Part shown: positions 61,625-64,000 of the stretch, piece after piece | How positions within the stretch are numbered: the first letter of the stretch is position 1 | Layout of the letters: each line of letters begins with the position of its first letter | Made by a program: the position numbers and the translations under genes | Notes under the pieces: generated by a model | The model's input: the letters and a program-made list of their open reading frames with translations, nothing else | Databases searched by the model: none | Told to the model about the DNA's origin: nothing | NCBI GenBank assembly: GCA_025201805.1 | Contig: MU619241.1 | Coordinates: 9,370 to 73,369 of the forward strand | From: Parasitella parasitica NRRL 2501 | Taxonomy: Eukaryota > Fungi > Mucoromycota | Direction: 5' to 3' | DNA: 64,000 bases

Positions 61625-62945
61625 AGAGACAAATCAACCTTGCAGCGGTATGGTTTCACTAGACAAACCAAATTCGACCAATCAAACTAGTGGGCCTTCT
61701 ACTTCTTTGAGTTGGCAGTTGCTATCGTACGGATCAAAATAGATTGCTCATCAGTGTGAACCTGTTTTCTTGTGCACAATTCAATCAGGCATGGGAAATG
61801 CCAATTGGAACCAATTAGAAATGTCGAAGGAATCGATCATAATACTGTCATAAGGGGCAAATAGCTTAATTGACAGCGGTCAGCCTCTTTGCCAACATCG
61901 ATATCAATGACAACAGTATACGACTCTTCGGTTCTATTTTATTTTTCGGCAATTGTGATAACTGATTGGCAAAAAAAAAAAAAAAAGCTTGTTGTAAAAT
62001 CTCGGATCTGCATTGTATTTGTATATAAATTACTAAGCTTGGCAAGGCATATCCACGTTTTTGGTAAATTATCGACTGCTTAAATAGTAAACCGTGCAGC
62101 ATTTATGTTTGTTGGTATTTAGCATTTAATTTTGCCTAAATAAGCATTTGTTTTATAGGCTGACAATGTCATGCTATGTCTTTTTTCGAATCACGAAAGC
62201 ACCTATGAATTTCAAACTTTACATGGATAGAAAATGACCTTAATTGCTCATGTCGCTCTCCATGAAAATTATGTCACTTTCAGATAGTAAAAGGCGCGCC
62301 ATGATGTCATGTACCGTATATAGGCTCATTTGTAATCAATGCATTCTACCCATGACCTTTGTAAAGCATTGCACTTTGGCATAAACCAACCTCTCCAGCT
62401 TGGTTTTGACAGCTGCCATGTATTCCTTATAAAATACAGGAACAACATATTATTTCCCGCCTTGAAATGAGCCATTTTATTTATGGGATATTCTCTCACC
62501 GGTAGCTTCATCATGCTTTTCAAGTCTTTTGTTCCTTGTCTGTATATTACCAACCTTTTGCTTTTGCTTGAACAATCTTTTGCTTCTTGCTCTAAATTCT
62601 TTGGCTCGTTTACTGATTCGTCTGGTCCCTACAACAGTTTATTTTCTTTTGCTTCTAACTTTAGGGTTATATACCAATTAGATCATTGAGATGAAGAAAA
62701 GAGTCGAATATACAGCAAGCTGCAAATGCCACGTCTAAATTTATTACATGCTGATACGTAAGGGATAGTAGGAAAGCAAAAATGTTACAGGAATTGTATG
62801 CAAGATATGAGACTATAAAAGAAAAAGACTAAAATGTACAGAAAATCAGAAATCAGTCCAGATCCAAGATCAATTAGTTTGCTTCATCCATGCTGATGAT
62901 GCTCACTAACAGACAAAAATTCATTAGTACTTTTTTTTTTTTCTT

Positions 62946-64000
62946 TTAATCATCAACAGTACCTCCTTGCTTTACATAAAGTGGGCATTTGATTTGTGTC
63001 AATGCTTTAGTGCGAACGTTCATTGCTGTCAACTCATTGCCATAGACACATCCAGTGTCGAGCCCAAATGTGTAATTTTTCAAATTTAATCCTCGGCTGG
63101 CATCGTGCCCATAAAATATCTCTGTGTTGTCTAATGTCAAGCTTTGTTGCTTTTCGTTCCAAACAGTGCCCCACTGGGTACCAACATTGTTTTCAGGAGT
63201 AGGTCCGTTCACGTCAATGTCTCTCATGTTCATGACTAAATAAGGAATTTGGTCTTCCAGTGATGAGATGTTTGGGTCTAAACCACCGTGGACTACAACC
63301 GCATCGTTCAGAAATGGCAGATGCAACATAACTGGGCACGCTGCTAAATAGTCATAATCTTCTTGGGTCAAATTCCTAGCCATAAAAAAAAAGTGTTAAC
63401 ATCTACCCCAAGGATTGCCGTCAAAATCCAAACACTTACTTTGCAATTGCAACATGGTAGTTTTTGAATTTCAAGGGATCTGGAACATTTCCCTCGGGCA
63501 TTGTAGCACTGACAGGATACATTGCATTCTCACCCTTTTCGAGCTCATATGTCTTTAATCGAATCACTTTATCGTCATGATTGCCACGCACACAGAGGGC
63601 ACCCAGTTCTTTAGCTCTACGAATCACACCAACACTATCCGGCCCCTTTGCAATAAGATCGCCTGCGAGAATTAGTTGGTCTGTTGATTGATTAAAGTTG
63701 AGTTTGGTTATCAGCTTATCCAGTTCGTTAACGCAGCCATGTACATCGCCAACAACATAGATGTTCTCCTTCTGTTTCAAAGATTCGTCGTTATTGGTCA
63801 CAATCGTCGTCATGTGCGCATAGGGTGAGATGGGATACTGGCTATTGCTTGTGCCATTGTTATCATTGCTTCCACTGCTTTTGTTTTTGTTATGCTGTGT
63901 CACAACTACAGAGACAACTACGACAATAATAATTACAACTATAATTGCAACGCCAATTGCTATCCATTTCCACATGCGTTTTTGTTTGTCCGTCTTTTCG
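62946..64000 (-). CDS. Calcineurin-like metallophosphoesterase, Ppn2/ApaH-like, with N-terminal TM anchor (5' end may lie outside the window)
   Basis: GDVHG, GDLIAKGPDS, RGNHD, VHGG, YGHDA and LDTGCVYG motifs, and a hydrophobic segment WIAIGVAIIVVIIIVVVVSVVV. The frame is open to the window edge. Confidence 0.85.

Noticed and set aside
62326-62700. Lys/Glu-rich short minus-strand frames
   Set aside because: No start, splice or domain support.
1-64000. CRISPR arrays, tRNA/rRNA genes, mating-type (HMG) locus, secondary-metabolite cluster
   Set aside because: No supporting sequence was seen by eye. tRNAscan-SE and Infernal would be needed to exclude small RNA genes.

Overview
Eukaryotic, intron-rich fungal DNA with short (~45-80 nt) GT-AG introns and AT-rich intergenic regions. 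Gene content and transposon families point to an early-diverging fungus, most likely Mucorales (inference). About 18 protein genes were reconstructed by hand from splice sites: Gyp1/TBC1D22 RabGAP, VWA8 AAA+ ATPase, an Nrg1-like C2H2 factor, Rax2, an SH3-WW-PH-RhoGAP, pantothenate kinase, Shq1, a class I SAM-methyltransferase-like protein, a ZC4H2-like coiled-coil protein, mitochondrial bL35, an F-box protein, a RING E3, a C2H2+DUF3020 protein, Tom1 HECT E3, AP-2 alpha, Dma1 and a Ppn2/ApaH-like metallophosphoesterase (partial). They are interspersed with decayed Tc1/IS630-type transposons, a Helitron-like remnant and a repeat family sharing a Tc1 terminus. The most notable points are: (1) a ~300-nt GC-rich, highly structured non-coding island at ~17,950-18,250; (2) an extremely compact four-gene block with only 57 bp between two same-strand genes, which may be a dicistronic unit; (3) a transposon terminus carrying an RFX X-box-like palindrome in three copies; (4) Tc1 relics head-to-head with three gene starts; (5) several animal-like protein features. 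No clearly new multi-gene system can be proven from the sequence alone. All homology calls are from motif recognition, not database searches.
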